Below, one piece after another: positions 38,901-53,200 of a stretch of 64,000 nt of DNA. The stretch lies in the NCBI GenBank assembly GCA_965113315.1, contig OZ220363.1. One strand, 5' to 3'. This stretch comes from Podarcis vaucheri (taxonomy: Eukaryota). The first letter of the stretch is position 1. Each line of letters begins with the position of its first letter. Below the pieces are notes generated by a model. It worked only from the letters and a program-made list of their open reading frames with translations, was not told the origin of the DNA and made no database searches. The translations under genes were made by a program, and so were the position numbers.

Positions 38901-41900
38901 GTTGAGGAGGGAGGATGTTTGCTGTGTGTGCCCAGCTTAGCTGTCACAAGGCACCAGGGCAGGAAGAGCAAACTCACTCTCGGCTCCCCAAACTGAGCCA
39001 GAAGCTTTTCAAAGGGCAAGAACAAAATAACTAAACAGGTTTTGCTGCTCATGGGAAAAACAACACCTCATCTGAGAGCAAATTCTATTGAAAATCAATG
39101 GCACTTGCTTCAAAGTAAATATGTTTAGAGCTGGGTCACTAGCTACAGACTCGTATAACTGCATGCCTGCACCATCCATCTGCAACGAGACAGTGCAGTG
39201 CTATAAACATGCCCAGAATCCCTCACAAATTAGCCCCTGGAAGATGACACAATAAATTAATAATCCCTTCAGTTCTGGTAGGGGATGAGAAGACTTGTTT
39301 TTCTTAACATAAGAAAAGGCTTGCCTGGCAGGTTACCCTTGCAGACTTTCCCTCTTCTACACAACTATAAAAGGAAGAGAAGCCTCCTAATCAGAAATGG
39401 CAGCCTCCAAATGGAACCAACATACAGTGGTACCTCGGGTTAAGTACTTAATTAGTTCTGGAGGTCCGTTCTTAACCTGAAACTGTTCTTAACCTGAAGC
39501 ACCACTTTAGCTAATGGGGGCCTCCTGCTGCCGCCGCAGCACGATTTCTGTTCTCATCTTAAAGCAAAGTTCGTAACTTGAGGTACTTATTTCTGGGTTA
39601 GCAGAGTCTGTAACCTGAAGCATCTGTAACCCAAAGTACCACTGTATTACACGAGAACTGTAAAACTTTCCTTTTTGGGTTGACATTCAACAGCCATAGC
39701 TAAGCAGGTGGGAGGCAATTTTCATCTGCAGGGGATACCTTTATTTTTTAAAAAATGAATCATTGGTGTCCTCTGCCCTGAGCCCATGAGAAGGAGAAGG
39801 CTAGAAATAAAAACAAATTGAGAAGCCAAGGCTAAGTTCCCAGTCCAGATTGAGCCCCAGGACTCAGTCTGTCACAAAGTGAAGCAGGAAAATGCCCTAA
39901 CAGCTCCAAATAGTTTGCTCAAGAAGACCCTAACTTCAAAGGGTAGTGTGTCCACCAAGCCTCCACAATGCCCCACTTGGTTGAGTGTATACTAAGATCA
40001 CAATCACCACTTCCTTCTTCATTCATTGAGGTATATGCATGGTTTTCAAAGATGTATCAAGTAACCACACTACCCTTGTGGGCAGCATGATCTAGAATCA
40101 ATCTAAATTGAAAACAGCAGGCTGAAAACAAGTATGAATGATTCAGAGTTGAGAAAAACTACACATTTTGTGTTACAAATGGATTAGTGTACATACAGCC
40201 TATCTTCTCTCATCTATCTTTGTAGGCTTCTGGAACCTGAAAATGCCAATTCATTCCTACAAAATGTCCCTTTTCACACCTATCACTTTATGTGAATATT
40301 TTTAAAATAAATGCTCTTCAATCATACTTTTGATGTTCTCAATGGTAACGTCTTCTGGTCTTGTTTTATTCCCTCCTTCGTTCTAATACACATCCCCCCT
40401 TCTCCAATTCCTAATAAACACCCTTCTTCTCTATAACATTGTTTTGTTTCCTCCATTAGGGCACTTTATACTCAAGAAACTCTCTCAGCAGCATCTTAAT
40501 GTTGGAGCTTTTTGGCAGAGTCTCAAGCAGCCCTGGGCAGTTAATTACCTGAATAATGTAACATAACTTCTGTGAAGAAGGCACTCTCAAGCAGGCAACT
40601 GGAAACTGGCACGTAGCTAGTACAACTTGGTGTTTCCCAAACAGTTGTTAGGAAATCACCACCACCTTCAACACAGAGATTAAATCAGGGGCTGTACCGC
40701 TCTCTAACATATCCAAAAGTTGTGCATCTATTTTCCTCAATCAGCTCTCACACCAATGGCACACTTTGCCCAGTCAATCAAGGCTCAGGGTGGGACTGTG
40801 CTTTCTGGTCAACAATGACCCTTCTAGGATTCCCTCAGGCCTTTCAGTTATAGAGTGGATCATATCAAGGAATCCAGGGGTGCATTTACTCCGGACACAG
40901 AGTAATGGGTACCTCCACCACGATGGGTTAACTCAGAGCTTTCCAAACTTTACATGTTGGTGACACACTTTTTAGACATGCATCATTTTGTGACACAGTA
41001 ATTCAGTTTTACTAGCAAACCAGAGGTTAAGCTAACCCCTTTCCAGCCCTGGGAGCAGGTTGTGTTTGTGTGACGTACCTACACACTGCAGCCGACACAC
41101 TAACGTGTTGCGCAATACACAATTTGGAAAATTCTGGGTTAACTTTTCCTAAGCCTTGGATTCATACCACATCTGGCTGATTAACATTCTATGGCCTCTG
41201 TGTTTGTTGGGAGGAGAGTTTTTGTTTTATTATGAATTTTGTGTTCTCATTTTGCATTTTTATGTTGTGAAACACAACATAAAAATTTACAACATAAAAA
41301 TTTAATAAATAAAACAATTATCTACCTTGATAGCTTTCAACCTTTCTACTTAAAGGGAAGATTTTGCATATGGGCATCCAATGATGAATGCTTTGCAAAG
41401 GCTTCTGGGGGCAACGCTAGGCTCCATATTTTAGGTTCACTCACAGGAAGCAGATGCAACTGCCTTACAAAGAGTCAGACTATAGCTCCATGTAGCCCAT
41501 GCTCTTGCCTGGAAACAGCTCACAGATGTGTCCTTACCCTGGAATTGATGGGACCAGGGTCAGGCATCTTGCGCCTTGCCATCACTCAACATAAAGTGGG
41601 AGCATGTCCTAAAACATATGCAACACATTCCTGCAGCGGCATATTAACCAGGGATTATTACAATGGTCAGCAAGCCGCCTTTTAAGTAGCCTCCTGGTAT
41701 ATTACTGATCTACTCACTTAGCATGACCAACAGACAGGGGATAGGAATGTTGTATTCCAGAAACATCTGGAGAGCCATAAGTTCCTTATCCTTGACACTC
41801 AAGAACTCCTGAAAAGGTTTTAAGGGTTGATCAATCCATTAATCCACCTGACAGCATGCTTGTGGGCGCTCCTCTTCTACAGCCTACGAAGGTGCAAAAT

Positions 41901-44900
41901 TTGGCTCAGACGCTTAATACCAAACATACAAAGCTGCCTTGCACAGGCTCAGACCATTTTCCATCTAGGTCAGCATTGTCTAGCCTAGTAGGCACTCACT
42001 GGGATTTTAGATAGGCATGTTTCTCAGCCCTACCTGGAGAAGTCAGGCATTGAACTCAGCTTCTGCACACAAATCACATGTGTGTTCTACCACTGAGCTG
42101 TCTCCCATGTACACTGCTGCTTCAGTGACTAGGACTACAGAGAAATGGGCAATAGGATTTTTATCCCCGGTATACAAGCATCTCCTTGCAGTAAAGCCTG
42201 CATATGCGGATGAGTAGAGAATCCTCAGCTACGAATGACACAAACAAAGGGGCAAAAAGAAAAAGGAAGGATGAGGGTATAAAAGCAAAGAGACAGCTTT
42301 AGCACAGACTACTTATGAGCTCAATTCATAGCCAGCCCAGCAGCAGTGTTTATAGTTTGTCTGCCAAGTCTGTGCTCTGGGGATATAACTCATTTTCACT
42401 CATTTTTAAAGGCCATTTGAGATGAATGTTTGCAAACATATGAAGCGCAGCGAGAGTTCAGAGGTTTCACAATCAACAAACAGGATACGGTCTCCTTGCA
42501 TTTTAAATATCTTCAGGCTGGTTCATGTTTCCGTTCTTGCATGGGGGAAGCTTCCAAGTGGTTAAAGGTCTTCTGTTGCAGAAGCAATGTTTGTATGCGA
42601 GAACCATGTGGGTGCATAGGTGCCGTGGCTGTTTTCCATGCCAAGCCTATGCTGCCCCATCCTGGGAGCCTCCTGACCTCTTGGGTTCCTGTACAGGTAT
42701 CACTGGTGTTTCATGGGACCTGGCCATGCAAAAGAAGCTCCCATAGCAACTCACAAGGATTTGTCCTGTAATCAACAATGCCTCACTCAAATAGTTAAGC
42801 CCTCTGCATCCTTTTCTAATAGCTTTGGGGCAGAGACAGTATTTCAGCATCTTAAAAAAAGAAGCTGGAGAGTTGCGGAAGAGGGAACTGAAGTCCCCTC
42901 ATTTTTCAACAGTGAAGTTAATAACTAAACTATATATCACTTTGCTCCTAGCAACAATCTGTTGCATGGCAGTGTGTACAAATGTCGGAAAACTGATAGC
43001 TCCTTCATCTGAATTCTCACTGCTGGACAAATGCAGTCCAGAACAGGCTTTCTACAAATTAGCTTTTACAGTGGTACCTCCGGTTACGAACTTAATTCGT
43101 TGTGGAGGTCCATTCTTAACTGGAAACCGTACTTAACGTGAGGCTCGCTTTCACTAATGGGGCCTCCCACTGCTGCCATGTGACTTCCGCTTGCCTCCCA
43201 GGGCAAAGTTCGCAACCAGGAGCATCTACTTCCGGGTTAATGGAGCTCGTTACCCAAAGTGTTCGTAAGGAGGATGGTACGTAACCCGAGGTTCCACTGT
43301 ATTCAAGTTTCACATATGCAGCTTTATATGTCTTATATACAAAGTATACGAATACTGAAAATGGATTTGCACAGAACCTTTGAATCCAACATTACACAAA
43401 AATGGTGGGCTAGCAGACACTTGTTCTCAGCCTGATTTATCTGCAGGGCTGCTGTAAGCCAAAAATGCCGCTCTGGACATGTTATGAGTAGGACAGGTTA
43501 CAGTTGTAGTAAACAAGTGAACTTTTAAAATACTCTTGCAGCATTCTGAACGAAGCCTGGGTTATAGTTGGCTTAACATTGTTCTAATCTTGTTCGCTTT
43601 CCATCTCTGTTCTTTGGAGTGGAGGAGAAGTCTCTCCACCTGGCTAAACACACTGCTTAGATTTCTTAGGGATTCTAGGTAAATCCAGTTGCTTCTGCCA
43701 CATACATATTAGAAAGCTTCTGACATGATTAAAACATGAAGTGGATGCATTAGCAAAAGGTTTCTTAGCCTAGTGGAAGACCCCAGCGGAGTGCTGGCTT
43801 CAGCAGCACATTTACTAAAATTGGAACGATACAGGGAACGCCCCACCATGTTGTGACACGCTAGGCAGGAAAAGGAGATTTAAGGTGATGAAAGGCAGAT
43901 TCATTTTTAGAACAGCAGAGGCGTGGGCACAATATTCATCTCATCCCCCCTTTTTATATAAATTTGACTTTGCAGGTAAGGAAAAAGTTATGATTTATTA
44001 AAATGTTTATTTCATCACATATTTTCATTTAAAGTAAAATACCCAAACTGGCTGACAACATAATTTTAAAAAGAGAGAGAGAGAAATTAGAAGAAACTAA
44101 AAATGCTTTCCCCACCTACGCAGGGATCGGAACATAGATCTGTGGATTAAGTCTTATAATCAACAAACAAATAATATACACAAAGGCATGTAGTATATAT
44201 ACAAGATGGTTCAAGGTCTGTCTTCTTTCCTTTAACATTTTACAACTGCTCAGACCAGCTAATACCTCCGCAATGGCTGCACAAGTTTTTTGTTTTTTTA
44301 AATGTTTTGAAATGCTCTCAGGAAGCGATTGTACATCAGAAAGTGCAGTTACTTTCTGGCGAATTGTAAAAAGAAAAATGTGCCTTCCACTATCTTCCTA
44401 CAGGCAGGCACCTTCTCTCCCTTGCCCCCCTTACAATGTCATTGTTAGGCTCCCAAAGGGATTGAATCTTGATAGATTAATAAACAAGATGCACTAACTT
44501 TATTAATATAATTAATACCTTGGGGTTACAAGACCAACATTACACATCAATCCTTGCATGCATATAGAATCATAGAATCATAGAGTTGGAAGAGACCACA
44601 AGGGCCATCGAGTCCAACCCCCTGCCAAGCAGGAAATACCATCAGAGCACTCCTGACATATGGTTGTCAAGCCTCTGCTTAAAGACCTCAGTTCAGGAAT
44701 TTAAAACCTCTAGTATTCAAGAAACTGGGATGTATGTAAATAAAACACATTTCTGCTTGATATATGATACAGAGTTGGGATTGACTGTTTTGCCTGTAGA
44801 TTAATGACAGCATTTCTCAGCTGCGGTGATAACACAAATATGTTCTAAGTCACACAACTTTTGTCCCCTCTGAAATCTCTGATAGGTTTCCCAAGATGTC

Positions 44901-47180
44901 ACATATTCTGTAGGCTGCGAAAGAAACAGGCTGCATTGCAGCAGGGGAGCTGGACGTGCTACCAAAGGCATGCAAGATGACGGAAACAATGTGGCATGGC
45001 ATTAGGAGTGCTAGGTCCCAGTGAAATGCCATGGCATGCATCTACTCAATGGAACTGGATTAAATTCCACTCTAAGGTCGAATAATTCTTCAGAGCCTAC
45101 AATCTTCTAGGTGAAAGGCAAATATAATGTCATTATTCATGTCTATAGTATGCTCTTCAAACCTTATTGTGATTTGTCATTTGTTGCGTATTGACACAAT
45201 GAAAGAAGCCACTGTGCCAACCTTGCACTTTGAGGGTGAAGCTCCCATTAGGCCCTGTGCGCTCTGTTACCTGAGAGCTCATTGATGGAAGTGGTTCAGC
45301 TGAAGCCTGGTTATGAAAAATAACATGCTAAACTAGGGATAGGGAACCTGTGGACACCAAAGATGTTGTAGGGACTCCAAATCCCATCATTCCCAGTCAA
45401 TATGGCCAATGTTCATGGATGACTGGAGCTATAGCCCAGCAACGTCTGAGGGACCACATGTTTCCCATCCCTGAACCAAACCTTCTGCCATTAAAAAGTA
45501 TAACTTGGAGAGTAACTGATTAAAGAGACGATGAGATTGGGCAAGGTGTTGGAGGAACAGAGAGGGGAAAGCTTTAGCTCACTGGCAGAGCATCTGCCTT
45601 GCATGAAGATCCCAGGGTCAATTCCTGACATCTCTAGGTAGGGCTGGAAGAGACTTGTGGCTGAAAGCATGGAGAGCTGCTGCCAACCAATGCAGACAAT
45701 ACTGAGGCAGATGGGCGAATTGTCTGACTCTGCACAAGGGAGCTTCCTGAAAGCAAACTGCTCATAAGGAACCATGACCATGAGAAGTTTCGGTTTCAAC
45801 ATAAACATAAGATCCCAAATTTGAAAGGGGCTATTCTGCTCCACCATTCTAAGACTTCATCTAGAATACTGCATTCACTTCAAGGTGCCAACATTAAAGA
45901 AGATGCTAAGAAACTGGAGAGATTAATGGGAATGGTATGGGGTAGATAAAATGTCTCAAAAGGTAGTTCAGATGAAGAAAAAGTATGTAAGGGACTGGGT
46001 GTGCTTTGCTCATGGGAAATGATTTTAAAAGTAGTATAGCAGGTTTTCATTATACCTGCAGAACGCAGATGAAGAAGTGTAAACAAGTCACGGGAAAGTA
46101 GCTGAAGAAAAACCTAGCAAAATGTCTACAAATCCCTACCCACTACGAGAAGGAAGATGCATTGCAAGGGCTTCCTCCCATCAGGTTGCCCAAACACCTT
46201 CCTCCATTATCTTCCTCATATTTTCAACTTTCTGACTGTACCTCTCCCACACACACCAGTAAAAGGGCTCAGGAAAAGAAGGTGGACAGAGACTCAAAGA
46301 TGGGCAGACTTTCATAACTGAGTGCATTGCACTGCATTCAAGAGAAAGGCAACATGCAGCCACTAGCCTCCTATGTGCCACTGCAGCTTGTGCATTTATT
46401 AAAATCCAGGCAATCTCAACCTTCATTTTCACAAATGTACCCTTCTGGACAGCATGCCTGCACAGGTATATTTTGAGTATGTGATGGAAAACACTCTGGT
46501 GGCACTTGTAATGCTGAACAAATATCCCACTCTTGGCAGGAATGCAAGAGATTAAATGTGGGCAACGCTGATTGAAACAGGTGTAACATGACACTGAAAA
46601 GATGCTTGCTAGCTACTGTGTGGGAAAGTGATTTAAAACAGAAGAGTTTGGCTCAGCCAGGAAATGATTGAGTAGGTTAAGGGTCAGGCCTGCCTTGGGT
46701 TAGGTGCAAAGCAGAAAAGAATACTGTCCGTGGGTTCTTTGCTTCCCATCACTGCTTTACATGCGCTGTCTTAAATCAATGCAGGAGAGAATGTGATGCT
46801 ATCACTACTAAGCATCTCTTCTTGTGGCTTTTAGCAACAGTGGGGAAGGACTGATCTCTGCGCAAATTTGTATAGTCATTAGATGAAAGATGATCTACCA
46901 ATGTTACTTATTTCCTTAAAAGATTGGAGAGCATTAAAAGGGCGGGGGGAACTAATGTGTCTTTATTATTTGTCACAGGACACTGAGGAGAAAATAAGGT
47001 CCGTGAATTATAGATAAGAGGTGATAAATAATAAATATCACTAAAGCATAAATATAGAGAGAATGGTCTTTATTTGATGAGATTTTCTTTTAACCAAAGC
47101 TAGTGCCAAGGTATTTGTCAGACAATGTTTTGTACTCTTAGAAAATCCAATTGGGTAGTGAGCAGCTTGTCTCTCTATTT

Positions 47181-47217
<37 letters not shown>

Positions 47218-50200
47218 ACACCCACACTCATACTACTACTGAATAGACAAATCCCAAGAGGAACTTTATGTATGTATCAGAGGAAGTTATTGCAAGGAAC
47301 CCGAAGCTTTGCTTCCCAATAGTGATATGTAAGGGTTTTGCCAAATTTTGCTAACACTTTGCCGATTTCCACCCGGACACTGCTTGCGGCTGCAGTATTC
47401 TATATATGTCCAGGAAATTCCAGATGTATGGCAACCCTATGATATGTTTGGGAGAAACAAGCCACGAGTGCCAATTTGAATACCGTGGTTAATGGCCAGT
47501 GTTATAGCCAAATGCCGTCAATTATTCAACATGCATGTTTACTTGGAAGTAAATGCTACTGTGGGTGGGGGTGGGTGGGGGTTATTTCCTAGTACACTTA
47601 TTCAGGATTGCAGCCTGGAAATAGCCATTTTAATCCAACTAGAAAAGTTGCTTTCTATCACTTGCTCACTGATTGAGAGGCAAACCAGTTTGTTGCCACA
47701 GCCAAAGAAATAGCAATATGTATTAAGGCTCATGGCCTTGACTTTGCAAAATGGCTTTGCAGATAGACGCAAGTTGCCTCCTGCGGCTCTGGTAGGACGA
47801 GAAGCAGGGGAAACAATCCTTTCAAAAACAATCACACACACATTTTCCAAGCCTAGTAATTGTCCTTATGTTTTCCACATCCAAGCTTCCAACTGCTCTC
47901 CTTTTTTGCCAAGCTCATATCAGCTTGTCCAGAAATGCCATTTATACAAATTGCTCTGCCTGTAATTCTCCAGTCTACTTGCAGTTGAAGTTAACTGCTG
48001 ATTTCATCCGGGAGACAAAGCTGTAGTAAAAGAACAGAGCAGATTGTGGTCAGCACCAATACGAGTCTTTCTTCCCTCAGTGAGCTACAACATCATGGAG
48101 CTTACAGTTATTGAAGGCCGCGTGGAAGCAACGGTTTGTAGGGAAATGGGACGTTTTCCAGATTTGCCACGGTGACCTAACTATTAGCAAATAAATTCTA
48201 CAAAGCCACACATACAAAAGCTGTGTGAATGCCATGGTAAGCAGTCTATAAACCACCAAGGCCCCAGATCAGTCATTCGTTTTGCCAGAGAGGCCATTGT
48301 GAAAAGGGAGTAAGAGATGTTGGGCCAAAGCCACAAGTGGCCTACTGACTAGGCTTCTTGCCACATATGTTGTCCCTTCCACATGCCTCTTTTTACCTCT
48401 GAGCTGGCAACTTGTGGGATGCTTCTATCACATCTATCTGATTTGGCCCAATGGCCTCCAACTGCTCAGCCTCTTCAGATTAGCACTTTTTGCCTGCTTG
48501 TGTGTGTAAAAGTCTGTGTTGCAAGCAGCCTACCCACAGGAGCAATTTAATGTCTCATGGAACTCTTGCTGGAAACTAATCTGCAGACCTGTAGCTAAAA
48601 TAATTACCATATGATTTTCATGAAGAAGAATGTGATGCCAACCCACAGCAATTATGTTGAACTTCTGCCACAACATTCCACAACCATTCTCTTAAGCAAG
48701 ACTGCCGGGGGTGGAGAAGGTGGAATTGAATCAGTCCTTGAATGGAAATTATATTGAAGCATCTGTTTCGAAAACATGGTCGATGTAGGGTTACCAAATT
48801 ACCTGAGTGGAAAGACGGCCTGGTCTCCTCTTGTTTCTTTAATAGCAACCTCAAATGCAGGAATTAACAGAAGAATCTTCTCATATGATGGCATCAGCAT
48901 ATCATCAAATGGCTGGTTCAGAAGGTGACAATTCTACTGGTGACTATTTAGGAGTTTCTTTGCCTTTCTTTAAGCATTGGTCTTCCAAGAGGAGCAATAC
49001 CATCTCACAAACATAAGGTAAAAAGAATGAAAAAGTGGGTTCCCAAATGCAGGTTTGGGCTAAAGGTGGACCCCAAGCCTAAGAGAATGCAGTTAGCGGT
49101 GCTGCTAGCATTACATTGTCACCTAGTGACTGCAATGTAGACGAAGAGCAAGGTGAAAAAGCACTGACATTGTCTGCTAAATGAATCTGTACCCCAAGAG
49201 AAGAAAGACAACTATATTGATTGCTTTTGTACAAGTTCTTCAAGGCCCTCAGCCTAGATGAACCTGCAAAATCAATATATGTGGTTGCCTTCCTGCTCTG
49301 GAAATCTTATTCACAACAGGAGCCTTTCCTGAAGGATTAACAGTTTTTGGGTATAAGCCTTGTGATACAGTCAAAGTTTCCTCTGTGGAGGTTGTATGGA
49401 ATACCATCTGTCAATTTTCTAACTTTTACAGTAGCAATTAAATCTATTCTGTAAGACGAATAAGACATTAGAGATGGAGGCTTTAAGAAAACTTTGTTTT
49501 CAAATGGCAGGAATTCACATCTGAGAGTTGAGAATTAGATTAGACTAATTCACAGGAAACAAAACAGGTGCTGGCAAGCTACTGAATCCTGAGTTGCTGA
49601 ATCCATCTTTGTAAAAAAAGAGACTTCAAAGTCCTCAATATTATGCTATGGGAAGTAATTTAAGTAAAGACAATTTAAATCACCAAGAAAAGAAAGCACC
49701 TTGAATTAAGTAATTGATTTAAATGTTATTAATGCCTTAAACAAAACCGCTTACTAATTGCTCAACATAATCCTGCCTAATTTTCAAAAGAAATTCAAGG
49801 CAGCTAACAAATTCAAACATCACTCAGTATTAAAATACATCTCAGCACCCATTCCTAGCCCAAACCATAAGACCAGAACTAAACTACAACAATAATTTCC
49901 AAGGCAGGCATCAAAACTAAAATATCAGAAACAAATCAGTCCTCCTCCTAAGCATGTTATCCCTCCACACTTTCTACAATCTATCATCTCTTGATAAATT
50001 TCCTGCTGCTTCAGTTGTTCGTCTTCAGCAAATGCATTGACATGATGCATATTGTTTCTTCCAGATCTCTCTCGTGATAAGGTAGACTCAAGTCCATGAA
50101 AGCTTATGTCATAATAAATGTGTTAGTTGTTTTTGCTGAAACAGACTCAGAGGGCCCCCTTCTAGAAATTGTTATAACAATTTAGCTTCACCATAAGTAC

Positions 50201-53200
50201 CGCTTTTACATAGTGTTTGAATGTAACTGTAAGCAACAGGGTGGATTAAATATGTGGCCACACAGTGTGATGTATTCTGCCTAGGAAATGGGTGAGGGGA
50301 ACATTGACTAAATAGGCCTCAAGTCACTGCCAGTTTCAGAGTTCAGCGACCCTGTGATCACACTGCTCCTGACAACCGATTCCTATTCAGCAAGATGCTG
50401 TATGAAGAGGACTTGCATTATCCCTCTCTTGAACTATGGGAAATCTCTGGAGTCTTGAAAAGGGGGAATCAGTGGTGCAGTGTTGCTTTCCTTCCCTTAA
50501 CTCATAAATAGCTAGAAGATGTGTCCCTTTTTGGCAAAAGCTACCAGAACATCCAGTCAACCTACATCCACAAGATACTTTCATAAACCATGGGTTTAAT
50601 TATATAATTGCTGCTGCTTCATTCAGCAATAGCTGCTCATAGATCCTAGAAATGCAGGTTGTCTCATTGCCATCAAAGCAGGCAAAGGTGTGACACATGA
50701 CTCTATGGGCCATCAGAGATTGCAACATCAAGGCAGCTAAATTCATCTCAAGTCAGGTAATTAAACCAGATTAAACCTGGAGGGCTGAAATAGCTAGACA
50801 GCTGATTCTATTGGCTTTAAATATTTATTTTCATTTATAAAACATTATGTCTCTGATTAAAGAAAAAATAAAGCAAATGTACAATTTAAAAAATCCATAC
50901 ATTCTGACAATAGCTCTCTTAAAGACAGATAACACATAGCTCTAGCAAATCCAGTTCTATAAAGCTCAAACAGTCTACACCAGTAAAGGCACAATCAAAT
51001 CAGGACAGTCCCTTGGGAGGCCATTTATTCCAAAGCCCAAACATTCCACATAAAATGGTGTGGAAAGGTGTTGGTTTACTCTGCTTAAAGAATTGTCTAA
51101 AAACCTGTATCTGAGAAACCAATCCGATGGAGTGGATGAGCACTTAATTACAGCAAGCATTCTTTCACCCCTATTCTAAGGAAGTCAACACTTATGTGAT
51201 CTATTGAACTGAAGCACAGGAAGAACAAGGTGGTTTGATACTCACAGCATGCCATAATCATGCTCATGGCCAGTTAATTCATTACACAGTTCCTAGAATG
51301 CAGATGTGGATCACACACAACACATTTTTGCATGATTGAGAAACTTCAGACCAACTCAACATTCCCTCAGGAATCTGAAATCAACTATAAGTGAAGATCA
51401 AAAAAGTGCCTAGATCTCACCACTTGAACAACTAAGCTAACAACAATACAGCATAAAAACTCCAAAAAGAAACACATGTTTATTTGATTGGAAGACATGG
51501 TGAAAAATATCCTGAGCATTTGCTATTATGTAATGCACCACTGTATACAAGTAAAAATGGTGGAGAAACTTACCCTTGAAATGCCAACTATTTGCTCATC
51601 CGGAAGCAAACTGATGCGCACAAAGCATGATTCAAAGTTGACATCTTCCTTCTCCATGAGATCTTTGCCCTGTAGCAGTGTAACATGCAAGGTGTTGGAG
51701 TTCACATTGTATTCCATATTGACTTCCACCTGTCCCACTGTGAACTCATGGCCAAAGTTATTTCCAATTGAGGAGATGGAACAGAGAGAATCGGTGGAGA
51801 TGGACTTTTTCAGTGGCCCGTAGGGAGCCAACTCAAGGTCTTTGTTCATCAGCTCCAAAGTGCCCAACTCATTAATGTTTTCAAAGGTGTCATCCATTTT
51901 CAGGCTGGGCTTGCGAACAGGAGAGGTCCTTTCTCCTGCCTTTCGGAAGTTGCTCGCAGCTCTCTACAGACAGTAAGCAGAACAGAAAGCTAGTCAGAGC
52001 TCAAGATTAACTTTAAACTATTTACTACTGTAAAACATCAACCTTTTGCAAGCCCCAGAGTTTAATTTCCCCACATGCCCTCGTAGTCCCACCACTGATT
52101 AAAATTCTGAACTCAAGTGGGAGCTCTTAATCAAATCTGCTATTATGATGGTGCACAGGGGGGGGGGAATGGATGATTGTGGTAACTGAAGGATTTCTCA
52201 ATGCCCTTTACCTTTTGCTTGATCTGAGAATATGTGGTCCCATATTTTTGTTCTAGGTATCTGTAGTCGTAGTTTGGAAATGGAGATGGTGCAGGATAGC
52301 TGCCCGACCTCCACAGCTTCCACAGGTTTACTCCAGCTATTGCCAGCAGAACAAGTGCTCCAGTAATATAGATACCTATTTCCCATCCAGGTGGACTTCT
52401 TATGACTGGAAAAAGAGAGTGAGTTATCATGGCACATTGAAATCTTACAGAAACATTATAGGAATATTAAGTGGCCTTCTGTGTGGTATCTTCTGTGATG
52501 CTGTGATGAAGGTGCAAATTAAGGTTCTAACCGTTCTTAATTCATAACCACCACCAACCCCACACCAACAGTATACAACATTTCACACAAAACTTCACCA
52601 CAATGGCTTGACACAACGGAACACATCTTTCTTTTCAAATCTAAACTATAATCTCTCTGTACAGCGAACTATCTAAGAAAATATGTGATTGCTTAACATA
52701 ACAGGATTTTTTGTTTACAGCCATTGAAGTAACTTCCCAAATTTAGGAGAATTACAACACTTTGTTTTTATCATCACTCTGCAACTTTCTGTTCATAAGA
52801 AAAATCTTTCATTAAATGATTTCACATTATTCAGTTCTTGTTCAATATTTTTGCTGGCTGATCTGTGAATACTACCCATTACTAGTTTATAAAGAAGCAT
52901 TTTCTTTCTTTCAGCTTTTCAAAATTGATCTATTTTTCCTCTTACCAGTGAGAATAAAAATGTGTTTATTTCTTCATGGTTTCGGAAAACATTTCCCCCC
53001 TACATTTTGACTTTTAGCTTTCAAATATTCTGTTTCTATATGTATCCAAGCAGTCTCCTCACCAGACTTGGACTGCAATAATCTTTTCAATGTAGATAGA
53101 TGGCCCACTGTTCAACCATGCTATGAATTTCATACTGGCACAGAAAATTGCTCCCACCTGATTATGATAAATGGGAACAGCTTTCAAGCAAACACACATT

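Noticed and set aside
43791-43838. Functional U6 snRNA gene
   Set aside because: Only 48 nt, the ACAGAGA box and 5' stem are mutated, the 3' half and oligo-T terminator are absent, and no TATA is evident at about -30.
19622-44804. Repeated peptide [16 protein letters not shown] in ORFs 19622-20023 and 44586-44804
   Set aside because: Antisense translation of CR1 3' ends.
45564-45635. tRNA-like sequences here and at 29548-29610
   Set aside because: Degenerate cloverleaf continuing into SINE bodies; these are SINE heads, not tRNA genes.
51488-51823. Antisense ORFs over SYT12 exons (51488-51823, 28574-28774, 26761-27018, 24444-24638)
   Set aside because: Shadow ORFs of real coding exons, with no splice or homology support.
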